A stretch of DNA of 64,000 nt, from NCBI GenBank assembly GCA_963793865.1, contig CAWCBP010000001.1, positions 1,184,001 through 1,248,000 of the forward strand, in the 5' to 3' direction. This stretch comes from an uncultured delta proteobacterium. Lineage in GTDB: Bacteria; Desulfobacterota; WTBG01. This document shows, piece by piece, positions 33,749 through 44,121 of the stretch. Under the pieces are notes generated by a model. The model had not been told where the DNA came from, did no database searches, and saw only the letters and a list, made by a program, of their open reading frames with translations. The number at the start of each line of letters is the position of its first letter. Within the stretch, counting starts at the first letter, position 1. Made by a program: the position numbers and the translations under genes.

Positions 33749-35060
33749 TTATTTTTTTTCGCCCGGGACCAAATCGTCTCTGAAGAGACGCGACGAACCC
33801 TCATTGGCGCAGAACTGCCCGCACATGGTGCAGGTGCGCCCGTCGGCCGGCCGCCGGCTTTCCCGGATAACCCGCGCATCATCAGGAAAGAGCGCGCAGC
33901 GAAACTGCTTCTCCCAGTCGGAGTCCCTGCGGGCCTTGCTCATCTCCCGGTCCCGCTCCCTGCCCTTTTCCTTGTACTTGTTCATGTCCCCGATGTAGGC
34001 GGCTATTTTTGCCGCCTTCACCCCGATGCGGACATCATCCTCCGTGGGCAGCGCCAGGTGCTCGGCGGGTGTGATATAGCAGATCAGGTCCGCACCGTAC
34101 CGCGCCGAACTGGCCGCACCGATGGCCGCGGCAATGTGGTCAAATCCCGGCGCGACATCGGTTGCCAGGGGGCCCAGCATGTAGTACGGGGCCTCGTTGC
34201 TCATGCGCTTCTGCAGAATGATGTTGGCCTCGATTTCATCCAGCGGCACATGGCCCGGGCCTTCCACCATCATCTGGCAGCCCATTTTTCTTCCCTCCTC
34301 GGCCAGCTCGCAGTTGAGAATAAGCTCCTGCACCTGCGCCCGGTCGAAGGAGTCGTGTATGGCGCCGGCCCGCAGCCCGTTGCCCAGGGAAAGCACCACA
34401 TCGTATTTTTTCAGCAGCGCCGCCACCCGGTCAAACTGCTCGTAGAGGGGGTTCTCTTTCTTATTGACCATCATCCAGTTCACCATCGAGGCGCCGCCCT
34501 TCGACACCAGCCCCCCGTAGCGGTATCCCTGCTTCTTCAGGCGCTCGATGGTGTAGAGATTGATTCCGCAGTGTATGGCCATAAAGGAGATGCCGTCGGC
34601 GCACTGCATCTCGATGATGTCAAAAAGCATCTCCCCGGAAAGCCTGGCGGGATCATTGATACTTGCGGGCGGCTTCGCAGAACGCCTGATAGAGCGGCAC
34701 ATTGCCCACCGGGATGGAGACCGATGCCATGACTTCACGACGGATGCGGTCGAGGTCGCCGCCCACGCTCAGCTCCATGAGCGTATCCGCACCGCACTCC
34801 TCCGCCGCCCGCGCCTTCCTCACCTCCGCGTCAATGTTAATGATGTCCGATGAAGTCCCGATGCTCGCGTTCACCTTGGTGGAAAGCCCCTTGCCGATGC
34901 CCACCGGGGAGCACCTGCCGTTCCGCCCGCCGGCAACAACCATCTTTCCCCCCGCGATCATGGCGCGGACATAGTCCGCCGTCACTCCTTCCCTGTGGGC
35001 TATCTCGTTCATGACCGGTGATAGTGTACCCGCGCAGGCGGTTTCCAGGATCGTCGTCAT
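33749..35060 (-). CDS. bzaF: 5-hydroxybenzimidazole synthase BzaF (ThiC-like radical SAM; +1 frameshift near 34655)
   Basis: ThiC fold (TKVNASIGTSSD, EGPGH, YITPAEHL, CTMCG.FC) with MELS, GNVPLYQAF, SKGG and SLGNGLR variants that I recall from deltaproteobacterial BzaF; sits inside the cobamide operon. Confidence 0.82.
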
Positions 35061-36070
35061 TTCCTGCCTCCTCGAATGGTTTTCTTTGCCCGTATGAGAG
35101 ACGTGCCGAGCCCGATGGGCACGGTTATAACTTCCGCCGCATGCAGGCGGGTCAGCATCACTTTCATTTCATCCACGCTGTAACACCGGCCGCGGGGCGT
35201 TCCCACCAGCATGGTCAGGTTAAAAAGCGAGGCATAGAGTGTCTGCCCGCCGCCCGCGTCAAGCAGGTAATCGTGGATGACCAGCTCTCCGGGGACGGCA
35301 AGGACACGCCACAGCTTTTCCAGAATCAGCTCGACGTCTTCCTCACCATACGCATGGATCAGGTTTGAAAGGAAGACCAGGTCGTAGCCGTCACCGGGAA
35401 TGGGATCTTCGATCACCTGGCAGGCGCGGCAGGTGATTCGTTCCCCCCATCCGCGTTCCTCTATCGACCGGCGCGCCGCTTCAAGCGACGGCTCCAGGTC
35501 GATCAGGGTGACTGAAAGGTCCGGATTCATCCCGCAAAAGGCGATGGCATAGCTGCCGGGACCGCACCCCGCGTCCAGCATGCGCCTGAACCTGTTGATT
35601 CCGATGGCATCAGCAATGGCCAATGCTTTTGCCGACGCGCCCTCATCCATCGCGGCCAGGTAGTCACCGAGCCGGTGCGGATAATCCTCAAGGTACGCAG
35701 GTGATGGCATTTTAGGCGTACCGCTCTTTATCTGTTGGTCCAGGTTTTCCCAAAAAGGCCAGAGGTTTGCGGCATGATGAACGGTGCTGCCCCAGAACTC
35801 TTTTCCGCCTTCCACCAGGAAGCGGGAAGCAAGTGCTGCATTCCGGTAACGGCCGTCCTCCTGCTGCTGGACCAGCTTTAGATCGACAAGCACCTTAAGC
35901 ATGCGCTTGAGCGCCGCGGCGTCGGCACCAGAGCGCGCTGCCAGTTCTCCCGGGTCTCCCGCTCCCTCCTCCAGCACGGTGAAGAGCCTGAGATGTAAAG
36001 CGGCAAAGATAACTTGCGACACCTGGTAGCCCAGGGCCAGCCCCGTGATGTAGCTTCTGTCCTCCGACAT
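35057..36070 (-). CDS. SAM-dependent O-methyltransferase, BzaC-like
   Basis: N-terminal dimerisation domain (SQVIFAALHLRLF), LDAGCGPG, SNLIH, G..YS; coupled to bzaF. Confidence 0.75.
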   Translation of the reverse strand: MSEDRSYITGLALGYQVSQVIFAALHLRLFTVLEEGAGDPGELAARSGADAAALKRMLKVLVDLKLVQQQEDGRYRNAALASRFLVEGGKEFWGSTVHHAANLWPFWENLDQQIKSGTPKMPSPAYLEDYPHRLGDYLAAMDEGASAKALAIADAIGINRFRRMLDAGCGPGSYAIAFCGMNPDLSVTLIDLEPSLEAARRSIEERGWGERITCRACQVIEDPIPGDGYDLVFLSNLIHAYGEEDVELILEKLWRVLAVPGELVIHDYLLDAGGGQTLYASLFNLTMLVGTPRGRCYSVDEMKVMLTRLHAAEVITVPIGLGTSLIRAKKTIRGGRK

Positions 36071-36087
36071 CTTTTTACGCTTGCACC

Positions 36088-37650
36088 TTACCGGCAGGTC
36101 CGACCCGCGGGGGAAAGGACACGGTCAATGTATGAAAGTGATTCCTGGATAAAACGGTCCTGCTGCCCGTACTTGCATAAACTGCTGTCCTTCTCAAGCC
36201 GCTGAAGCACTTCTTCAAACAGGCTGACCAGCCACCGGTTGAGCTCCTCTGCCGCACCCGAGGCGGGATGACCGGCTTCCCGTGCGTAGAGATTTTGCCA
36301 GTAGATGGGCGAATCAGGCTTCTCCATGCGCTTAAGCAGATGACGGCAGACCGCCCCGAATATGTCGGCGCAGACTTGCACCTTTTCATGCCTGAATGTG
36401 TAGCTCCCGTGATAGGGGCCCTCAGGCAGGGCTTTGAGCCGGCCTCCCGTTAGCAGCCGCTCATACATGCCGGTACCCATCAGCGCAATCCCGGGGTGAT
36501 AGAGCAGATCGACGGTCGCCGTGAGCCTTCCCAGCAGGCCGTGCGACCGGAGGAAGGAAACGTTTTCCCGCAGGTCTGCAATCGTCGAGTCAGGCTCAAA
36601 CATGATGAATCCGACGTGCGGCTCGATACCATGGCTGCGCAGCAGTGCCACTGCGGCGATATTCTGCTCCACCGTGGTCCGCTTGTTCATGCGCTCCAGG
36701 CAGTCCTGCGATCCGCTTTCAATGCCAAGAAACACATCGCGCAGCCCGGCCCCCGCCAACCGGCGCAGCGACCGCACGCGCACATCGTTCACGCGGCATT
36801 CAAGACCGAAGGAAAGTCCCGCTTCACCTTCCAGGCATGCGGCAATCGCCTCCGCCCGCTCCTGCCCCGCCTCACCCGGACCGAAAAAGTTTGCGTCAAC
36901 AAAATAGATGTACTTCCCGGCAAGTGCCGGGAGCAGTGTGGTTACCTCAGCATGAATATTCTCCGGGGATCGGCCCCGCCACAGGGGGTTCGCCCCGTAG
37001 AAATCATTGATGGGACAGAACGAGCAGCTCCCGTAACAGCCCCGGCTTCCCAGTACGGTTCCGCCGCTTCTTGCCAGCCCTGCCCGTGTCCGGCGGGGAA
37101 AGGGCAGCGCATCAAGATCACCGATCACTTCCCGGCGGGGGTTCACCACACATTCCCCTCCCCGCCTCCATACAAGGCCCTTAACACTGCCCGGATCGAC
37201 ACCCTTCCACCCGCTCGAACAGATATCGAGAAAGGTCATTTCAGGCTCGCCCCTGATGACCGCCTCGATAAAAGGATATGCGCGCATGAGGTATTCGGCG
37301 GCGACGGTCGGAAAGAATCCGTAGGCTATGACCGGCACGCCCCTGCGAGCGGCAATTCCTGCCAGCATCTCCAAAACAGCGGGTGTGTGCTCCCAGCTAT
37401 ACACCAGATGCACGCCCAGGAGGTCGCACCGCATGCCGGAAAGCGCTTCAGCCGCCGCGGAAAAGTCATCCTCCCCTGCGGTGCCGTCATGCAGCTCCGC
37501 ATCAATACCCCGGCTCTGGAGAAGGGATGCGAGATACCCCGAGAGCAGGGATGAGGAAAGGGGCGTATTGGCGATGGTATTAAAATGCAGGGCGGATCTG
37601 CCCCGCGGATGCTCCAGCAATAGAACTTTCATACCCTTATGTCGACTCAA
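36088..37650 (-). CDS. B12-binding (class B) radical SAM protein, BzaD/BzaE-like
   Basis: N-terminal B12-binding-like domain, GEPE, LPFP, SRGCYGSCSFC (CxxxCxxC), FVDANF, FLGIESG. Confidence 0.8.
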   Translation of the reverse strand: MSRHKGMKVLLLEHPRGRSALHFNTIANTPLSSSLLSGYLASLLQSRGIDAELHDGTAGEDDFSAAAEALSGMRCDLLGVHLVYSWEHTPAVLEMLAGIAARRGVPVIAYGFFPTVAAEYLMRAYPFIEAVIRGEPEMTFLDICSSGWKGVDPGSVKGLVWRRGGECVVNPRREVIGDLDALPFPRRTRAGLARSGGTVLGSRGCYGSCSFCPINDFYGANPLWRGRSPENIHAEVTTLLPALAGKYIYFVDANFFGPGEAGQERAEAIAACLEGEAGLSFGLECRVNDVRVRSLRRLAGAGLRDVFLGIESGSQDCLERMNKRTTVEQNIAAVALLRSHGIEPHVGFIMFEPDSTIADLRENVSFLRSHGLLGRLTATVDLLYHPGIALMGTGMYERLLTGGRLKALPEGPYHGSYTFRHEKVQVCADIFGAVCRHLLKRMEKPDSPIYWQNLYAREAGHPASGAAEELNRWLVSLFEEVLQRLEKDSSLCKYGQQDRFIQESLSYIDRVLSPAGRTCR

Positions 37651-39069
37651 GCACGTCCGGCTTTACCGCGCAGGTCAGCCGAATGTTTGCGGCACGATTC
37701 CACGAATCTTTTTGCAAAATGAGGGTTTGAGCCAAAGTGAAGGTGGACATACTGGGCCAGGACATTTTTATAGCGGAACCCGTCCCGGGATGCCCTTCCG
37801 GCCGTGCCTTTTCTGACGCTGAAGGCATCACCCTGAAAGAGGCTTCCTCCCGCAAGAGAGGAATACCGGAACTGGTGGCCGCGAGCACATTCGCCCCTGC
37901 CGGCGATGATGGTATTCCTCATCGCCCGTACGCTATGGTAACCGAGATGAGTAAACCGCGTGTGCATCACCGCGATATAGGGGAAGATGCCCGCCATTTT
38001 ATGTGTTCTTCCGGCAAAGGTTTTGATCCCGCTTCCCAGATACATCAACCCGCCGCACTCCGCGTAGACAGGGCCGCCGTCTTCGGCAAATCGCCTGAGC
38101 TGCCGGCGCATGGCCGCGTTCCCCTCCAGCTCCGGGGCAAACAGCTCGGGATATCCGCCACCGATATAGATTCCGTCCAGGCGCGGCGGCAGTGCCCGGT
38201 CGCCAAGGGGACTGAAGGGAATAAGCGTCGCGCCCCTCTGCCGCAGCAGATCGAGATTATCCTGGTAGTAAAAAAGAGAATGCCCGGTCACGGGCAATGC
38301 CGACACGCACCCCCGGCCCGGTTGGACGCAGCCCATCATCGTGATGCTGCTCTTCCCGCGAATGCCTTTGCGTCACCGGTGAACTTACTCTGAGCAGCAG
38401 GTCAAGGTCAAGGCAGCGCTCAAAGAGCACGGCCAGGCGATCAATGAATCTCCGTGTTACCATAAATTCCGTCGCGGTCACCAGGCCCAGGTGCCTCTCG
38501 GGGATGGTGATGGACCCTTCGGCGGGCAGGTAACCGATGACGGGTATGCCGCACCGTTTCTCGATGATTGCCTTAAGCCGCCGATAATGGTCGTCGCTTC
38601 CCACCCGGTTGAGGACAACACCCGATATGGCAACTCCCCGCCGGTAGCGATTGAACCCGCTGATCAAAGCCGCGGCGCTTCCCGACATCCCCCGGGCGTC
38701 AACCACCAGCACAACCGCTGTCTTCAGCCAGCGGGCTATCTGGGCTGTGCTGCCCTCATCATCGGCCCCGAGGCGCCCGTCGAAGAGTCCCATCACCCCT
38801 TCGATAACCGCCGCATCCTTCCCCCGGCAGTGCCGCAGGAAGCTGCCGACCGTGTAGGCCCTGCCCAGCATCCAGCCGTCCAGGTTGCGGGACGGCAGCC
38901 TGCAAACGGCCTGGTGGTGGCCGGGATCGATAAAGTCAGGCCCTACCTTGAAGGGCTGGACGGCAAGCCCCCGCCGCCTGAGCGCAGCCATGATGCCCAG
39001 GGCAACGGTTGTTTTCCCCACGCCGCTGTGGGTGCCGGCAATAATCATGGCTTTAGTTTTTACCGTCAT
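37647..39069 (-). CDS. cbiA: Cobyrinate a,c-diamide synthase (CbiA/CobB; +1 frameshift in a T-run near 38272)
   Basis: SGVGKTT, FKVGPDFIDP, EGVMGLFDG, ERHLGL, then FYYQDN, GGGYPE, AECGGLMYL, YVHLHF in the next frame. Confidence 0.9.
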
Positions 39070-40141
39070 GGCGGTCCGCAATTGTTTTAAGCGCGGCAAG
39101 CAGCCGCCGGTTATCTTTTCTGCGCTTCACCGCCACCCGGATATATTTATTGCCCATGCCGGTAAAGGAGCGGCAATCCCTGACCAGGATGCCATTTCGC
39201 GCCAGCTCTTCATAGAGACGGGTGGATGAGAGGCCCCTGCCGGTAATCTTCAGCAGCAGGTAGTTCGCCGATGACGGCCGGGGCTGCAATCCCGGTATTG
39301 ACCCCAGCCGCGAAAAGAGGCGGCCCCGCTCGGCAGCCACGAAGCGCCTGGTTTCGTCGGCAAAATCCTTGTCTGCCGCGCAGGCAATGCCGATTTTTTG
39401 CGCGAGGGCATTGACCGTCCATGGTTCCTTGTGCCGGCTCAGCTGTGCCACCAGCTGCGGCGGGCCGACAAGGTAGCCGAGGCGTATCCCGGGAATGCCA
39501 AAAAATTTGGTCATTGACCGCAGCACCATCACCGTGCGCCCGCTGACGGCTTTTCCGGCAACTGAGTGACGGGGTGCAAAATCCACAAATGCCTCATCAA
39601 CCACCACCAGCACCCCGTTTTTCTTCGCGGCCGCAAGAAGCGCCCCAAGCACATCCGGCTCCATCAGCGCGCCCGTGGGGTTATTGGGATTGCAGAGAAA
39701 GAGCATGTCCATCCGGGGAAGAAGTGCGATGGCCTGCTCGGCGCGCACCCTGAACCCATCCCCTTCCTGCAGGGGAATCGTTTGTACCGCGCATCCCGCC
39801 TCCCGCAGGCCCCTTTCATATTCAGAAAAGGAGGGCGTGAAGACCAGTGCCCTGCGCGGCTTAAAAGCCCGGGGAATGAGGTATATAAGTTCCGTGGAAC
39901 CGTTGCCGGCGATGATGTTTCGCGGGGCACACCCCAGTGATGCCGCCAGCGCCTCCCGGAGTTGGTTGCAGTGACTATCGGGGTATGAGGACAGAAGTGC
40001 GGCCCCTTTTCTCAAGAGCAGGCGGACGCCGGAAGGACACCCGAGAGGATTAATGCTGGAGCTGAAGTCTATAATAGCGTCTTCATCAATGTGGTAGAGC
40101 CGGCTGATTTCCCGGAGATTGCCTCCGTGTACCTGCATCAT
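39053..40141 (-). CDS. cobD: L-threonine-O-3-phosphate decarboxylase
   Basis: HGGN, DFSSSINP, CNPNNPTG, DEAF, RSMTKFFGIPGIRLGY (PLP lysine). Confidence 0.92.
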   Translation of the reverse strand: MMQVHGGNLREISRLYHIDEDAIIDFSSSINPLGCPSGVRLLLRKGAALLSSYPDSHCNQLREALAASLGCAPRNIIAGNGSTELIYLIPRAFKPRRALVFTPSFSEYERGLREAGCAVQTIPLQEGDGFRVRAEQAIALLPRMDMLFLCNPNNPTGALMEPDVLGALLAAAKKNGVLVVVDEAFVDFAPRHSVAGKAVSGRTVMVLRSMTKFFGIPGIRLGYLVGPPQLVAQLSRHKEPWTVNALAQKIGIACAADKDFADETRRFVAAERGRLFSRLGSIPGLQPRPSSANYLLLKITGRGLSSTRLYEELARNGILVRDCRSFTGMGNKYIRVAVKRRKDNRRLLAALKTIADRHDGKN

Positions 40142-41100
40142 GAAAGCGCCTCCCGGTACAGCAGGCAAAGCAGCAGCATGAGTGCCGAGGCAAGATACAT
40201 CATGGTAACCGCTTCCTTAATGGTATTTCCGGTGAGGGGCCTTTTTTGCTCCCCCATCGTGGCGGCATTCCTCAGGACGCCATGGTACAAGGAAGGTCCT
40301 CCCAGCTGCACCCCGAGGGCGCCGGCCATGGCCGATTCCGGGTAGCCGCTGTTCGGGCTCAGGTGCTTGCGAGCGTCACTGCGCATCATGGCATAAGCGC
40401 CCCGCCAGTCCCTGCGTGCGATAACGGCCGCGGCAATCAGCAAAAGCCCGGTCAGACGGGCGGGAAGATAATTGACCACATCATCACAGCGAGCGGAAGC
40501 CCATCCCATATCACGGTAGCGCTGATTCTTATAGCCGACCATGGAGTCAAGCGTGTTGACTGCCTTGTAGGCCATGCCCAGCGCCGGTCCGCCCAGCGCC
40601 ACGTAGAAAAGCGGCGCCACAATGCCGTCAGAGGTGTTTTCAGCCACTGTTTCCACGGCAGCCCTGGCCACCTCTTCGCCGCTGAGGCCCGCGGTTTCCC
40701 TGCCCACAACCATGGCCAGACTGGTCCGGGCGCCGGCCACATCGCCGGAGGCCAGGCGGGCAAGCACCGCCCGCGCCGCGTCCCCCAGCGCCTTAACCGA
40801 TATGGTAAAATATACCAGCACCACGGAGACACAGAAGCCGGCGTATTCGTGCACCCGGAAGGAGGCCATAAGCAAAAGCCAGACAGCGGCGTACACCAGG
40901 AGGACCACCCCGGCACAGAGCACCACACCGCGCGCTTTCTCACCGGCCCGGCTGAAAGGATGGGCACGCAGCACTCTTTCGAAAACGGCTATCAGCCTGC
41001 CCACCAGGCGGATGGGATGAAGACCCCACTGGGGATCACCCGCAACCAGGTCCGCGGCATAGGCGATGGTGAGCACGAGGGGGGAAGTCATTTCATCCAT
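40138..41100 (-). CDS. cbiB: Adenosylcobinamide-phosphate synthase
   Basis: GDP...HP, VGRET, ETVAENTSDG, NTLDSMVGY, SPNSGYPE. Confidence 0.95.
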   Translation of the reverse strand: MDEMTSPLVLTIAYAADLVAGDPQWGLHPIRLVGRLIAVFERVLRAHPFSRAGEKARGVVLCAGVVLLVYAAVWLLLMASFRVHEYAGFCVSVVLVYFTISVKALGDAARAVLARLASGDVAGARTSLAMVVGRETAGLSGEEVARAAVETVAENTSDGIVAPLFYVALGGPALGMAYKAVNTLDSMVGYKNQRYRDMGWASARCDDVVNYLPARLTGLLLIAAAVIARRDWRGAYAMMRSDARKHLSPNSGYPESAMAGALGVQLGGPSLYHGVLRNAATMGEQKRPLTGNTIKEAVTMMYLASALMLLLCLLYREALS

Positions 41101-41692
41101 TCACCAGTTTGACCACCGGACCGCTCTCGTAATAATCAATGATGTTGATGCATCCATAGGACTGATCCATGCGCATCAGGTGTGCCAGATCCAGATTGAG
41201 CGCGTCAAATAAAATAACCCTGTTTACCCCGCCGTGGGCCAGCAGCACAATGGTGCCGCCCGCATGCTCGGCGAGAACGCGGGTAAGCTTGCGCATTACC
41301 CGCTCCCGGACATCACTGAAACTTTCCCCTCCATCGACGCGGCGGTGAACCAGGTCCTGCAGGCGCGCAGCGTAATCCTCAGGATGGCGCTCCATGATTT
41401 CTTCCCGGGTCATTCCCTCCCAGATGCCCAGGTTGATCTCACGGAACTCCGGACATGAAACGGGTTCGATGCCGTGACAGCCGGCAATGATCTCCGCGCC
41501 CTTCCTGGCCCGGATGAGATCGCTGCTGAAAAAGGCATGTATCTCCTCGTCCCGCAGGCGGTTCCTGATCCGCTCCATCTGTTCAACGCCGTTCCCGGTA
41601 ATGTCCACATCGGTGTGACCAATGTAGCGGAATTCAGCGCTGGCCGTGGTTTCGCCATGCCGCGCAAGGTAGAGTCTCGTTCTTGTTTCCAT
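41093..41692 (-). CDS. cobC: Alpha-ribazole phosphatase (histidine phosphatase)
   Basis: LARHGET, SSDL.RA, E..LG.WEG, AHGGVNR; cob operon context. Confidence 0.88.
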   Translation of the reverse strand: METRTRLYLARHGETTASAEFRYIGHTDVDITGNGVEQMERIRNRLRDEEIHAFFSSDLIRARKGAEIIAGCHGIEPVSCPEFREINLGIWEGMTREEIMERHPEDYAARLQDLVHRRVDGGESFSDVRERVMRKLTRVLAEHAGGTIVLLAHGGVNRVILFDALNLDLAHLMRMDQSYGCINIIDYYESGPVVKLVNG

Positions 41693-41728
41693 ATGCACAT
41701 CCTCAGACAGGTGCCGCAGCAAAACCTG

Positions 41729-42466
41729 TTAGAATTTGACCAGCAGCATTATGAGAGCCGCCGTTTCGGCCAGCTCGGTTACAGCCCCCAGAACATCGCC
41801 GGTGACCCCGCCCAGGGTACGCCGGAAGTAACCCGCGTAGGCGAAGCATGTGGCGAGGCTGGCGACGGCCACAACCGCCCCCCTGAGCGAGAACAGGTAA
41901 TACGCTAAGGCGCCCACGAGCAGCGAGGTGGCAAGCACCACCGTCAGGGTAACCTGCCGGGTAAAGGTAAAGCCGACGCCGCGGGTCAGCCCGGCATAGT
42001 CCGCCCGGTAGGCAACAAGCACCTGCGCCCAGCGCCCGATCACCGGTATCAGCAGAATGGCTCTAAATTTAAGGTGCGGGGGCACGGCCAGCAGCGCGAC
42101 GTATTTGAGCATGATAACCAGGATAACGCACACGGCGCCGATCGCCCCGATCCGGGGGTCCTTCATGATGCGCAATCGGTCTTCCCGGTCTTTTCCGCCG
42201 GCAATTCCGTCAGCCGTGTCCGCCAGCCCGTCGAGATGGATGGCGCCGCTCAGGGCTGCCAGCAGCGCGATTATCATTCCGTCAGCCACGCTCAGCGGCA
42301 GCAGCGCCGCCAGCGGGATGTGGACCAGGGCGAGGCATGCACCCATGCACAGGCCCACCAGGGGGAAATAGCGCATGGACCTGCCCACTTCCTCCTCGTT
42401 GACCTTCATCCCCGGATCAAGGGGAATGCAGGTAAGAAACTGTAGGGCGATAATGAACGCGCGCAT
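41729..42466 (-). CDS. cobS: Adenosylcobinamide-GDP ribazoletransferase
   Basis: QFLT.IP, GAIHLDGLADTADG, IMKDPRIG, GGVTGDVLGA. Confidence 0.95.
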   Translation of the reverse strand: MRAFIIALQFLTCIPLDPGMKVNEEEVGRSMRYFPLVGLCMGACLALVHIPLAALLPLSVADGMIIALLAALSGAIHLDGLADTADGIAGGKDREDRLRIMKDPRIGAIGAVCVILVIMLKYVALLAVPPHLKFRAILLIPVIGRWAQVLVAYRADYAGLTRGVGFTFTRQVTLTVVLATSLLVGALAYYLFSLRGAVVAVASLATCFAYAGYFRRTLGGVTGDVLGAVTELAETAALIMLLVKF

Positions 42467-43527
42467 CAGTGAACGGCCTTTTTTACTCCCGCCTGCTCGA
42501 AGGTCAGGACTTCGCGGAGCACCCTGATTCCCGACTCGATTAAAAACATTCCCAGCGCCGCGCCGGTGCCTTCGCCCAGCCGCATCGACAGATCGAGCAG
42601 CGGGTCAAGACCCAGCCATTCAAGCACGATGCGGTGGCCCTGCTCTGCGGACCGGTGCCCGGCGAAAAGATACTCCCGTATGGCGGACTTCAGGGATACG
42701 GCAACCAGCGCTGCAGCGCCGGAAATAAAACCGTCAATCACCACCGGCATCCTGTTGAAAGCGGAACCGATGATCAAACCGGCGATGCCCGCTATTTCCA
42801 AACCGCCCAGCTTCGCCAGGACATCCACGGGATTGCGCGGATCTGGCCGGTGGAGGTCGATCGCTTCCCGGATGACTGCCGCTTTATGCCGCAGCATGTC
42901 ATCACTAACGCCGGTACCGCGGCCGGTAACCTCATCCACGCTGCGGCCGGTCAGGACGGCGGTTATGGCGCTGCTGGCGGTGGTGTTGGCTATGCCCATG
43001 TCACCGGTACCGATCAGGGTTACATCTTTTGACGCCAGGTCCTGCGCAATGTCCACCCCGACCATAAGGGCCTTCAGCGCCTCGTCCCGTTCCATGGCCG
43101 GGAACCTCCTCATGTTCCTGGTCCCGTGAGCCACCTTTTTTATGAGCAAACCCTCCTGCGGCTGCAGGTCAACGGCCACGCCGATGTCGACCACCACCAC
43201 ACTCGCCCCCGCCTGCCTGGCCAGAACGTTGATTCCCGCGCCGCCGCGCACAAAGTTATAAACCATCTGCGCGGTTACGTCCCGGGCAAACGCGCTTACC
43301 CCCTCTTCCGCCACTCCGTGGTCGCCGGCAAAAACGGCAATGGCCTTCTTCCCCGGGACAGGACTGAGGGTGTTCCTGATGCCGGCAACGCGCTGGGCAA
43401 ACTCTTCAAGCCTGCCCAGGCTTCCCCGGGGTATGGCCATCAAATCAAGCCGGTCGCGGGCCTGCTGCAAGAGTGCCCGGTCAAGCGGCTGTATGGCGTT
43501 AAGCATGTCTTCCAGTCTGTGCATCAT
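42466..43527 (-). CDS. cobT: Nicotinate-nucleotide--benzimidazole phosphoribosyltransferase
   Basis: PRGSLGRLE, FAGDHGV, GDMGIANTT, DGFI, MRLGEGTGA. Confidence 0.95.
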   Translation of the reverse strand: MMHRLEDMLNAIQPLDRALLQQARDRLDLMAIPRGSLGRLEEFAQRVAGIRNTLSPVPGKKAIAVFAGDHGVAEEGVSAFARDVTAQMVYNFVRGGAGINVLARQAGASVVVVDIGVAVDLQPQEGLLIKKVAHGTRNMRRFPAMERDEALKALMVGVDIAQDLASKDVTLIGTGDMGIANTTASSAITAVLTGRSVDEVTGRGTGVSDDMLRHKAAVIREAIDLHRPDPRNPVDVLAKLGGLEIAGIAGLIIGSAFNRMPVVIDGFISGAAALVAVSLKSAIREYLFAGHRSAEQGHRIVLEWLGLDPLLDLSMRLGEGTGAALGMFLIESGIRVLREVLTFEQAGVKKAVH

Positions 43528-43537
43528 CTGTCGATCG

Positions 43538-44083
43538 TCACCTTTGCGGCGAAGCGGGCTTTCCCTTGAGCTGCAGCGGGATACCCGCCACCAGAAAAAA
43601 GACCTCATCCGCCGCACGGGCTATCTCCTGATTCGTTTTCCCCAGCACGTCGCGGAACAGGCGGGAGAGGCTGTTGTCGGGAACGATGCCCATGCCGGTT
43701 TCGTTGCTCACCATGATTATATCCGAAGCGACTGCCCTGCACTGCTCCAGAACCGCGGCCACCTCCCGCAGGATCTCATGCTCGCCCCTGTCATCCAGCA
43801 GCAGGTTGGTAATCCAGAGGCCGATGCAATCGATGAGCACCACCTCATAAAATCCCCGGCAGCTCTCCAATGCCTGAACCAGGCGGCAGGGTTCTTCAAT
43901 GGTATGCCAGCTTTCCGGCCGCTCCCGGCGGTGCTGTTCAATCCGCAGCTTCATCTCATCATCGCCCGCCCGGGCGGTGGCAATGAACACCTTTCGCCCC
44001 TCCCGGCCCTCCGCCATCCTCTGGGCAAAGCCGCTTTTCCCGCTCCTGGCGCCACCGGTTACCAGCGTTAAGCTCGATGCCAT
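43538..44083 (-). CDS. cobU: Adenosylcobinamide kinase / guanylyltransferase
   Basis: TGGARSGKS, EM..RI..HR, IEEP, VSNETGMG, VAGIP. Confidence 0.95.
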   Translation of the reverse strand: MASSLTLVTGGARSGKSGFAQRMAEGREGRKVFIATARAGDDEMKLRIEQHRRERPESWHTIEEPCRLVQALESCRGFYEVVLIDCIGLWITNLLLDDRGEHEILREVAAVLEQCRAVASDIIMVSNETGMGIVPDNSLSRLFRDVLGKTNQEIARAADEVFFLVAGIPLQLKGKPASPQR

Positions 44084-44095
44084 GTCGCCTTTCAC

Positions 44096-44121
44096 AAAAA
44101 AACCAACCTTTTGAAGGTTGG
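44096..44121 (-). terminator. Intrinsic terminator/attenuator in the cob operon leader
   Basis: Minus strand CCAACCTT-CAA-AAGGTTGG followed by T7, ~12 nt before the cobU start. Confidence 0.7.

Noticed and set aside
32415..33998. 527-aa plus-strand ORF and other long antisense ORFs (28299-29369, 36496-37554, 47359-48444)
   Set aside because: These are shadow frames of well-supported opposite-strand genes in GC-rich DNA, with no recognisable motifs.
31728..34655. Selenocysteine read-through of TGA at the breaks in the HgdB-like gene and bzaF (selC is present)
   Set aside because: Homology continues in a different frame, not in-frame after the TGA, and neither TGA is at a Cys position.
33749..35060. 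Annotation as thiamine biosynthesis thiC
   Set aside because: It is embedded in a cobamide operon with cobT, its motif variants fit BzaF better, and no thi genes or TPP riboswitch are nearby.
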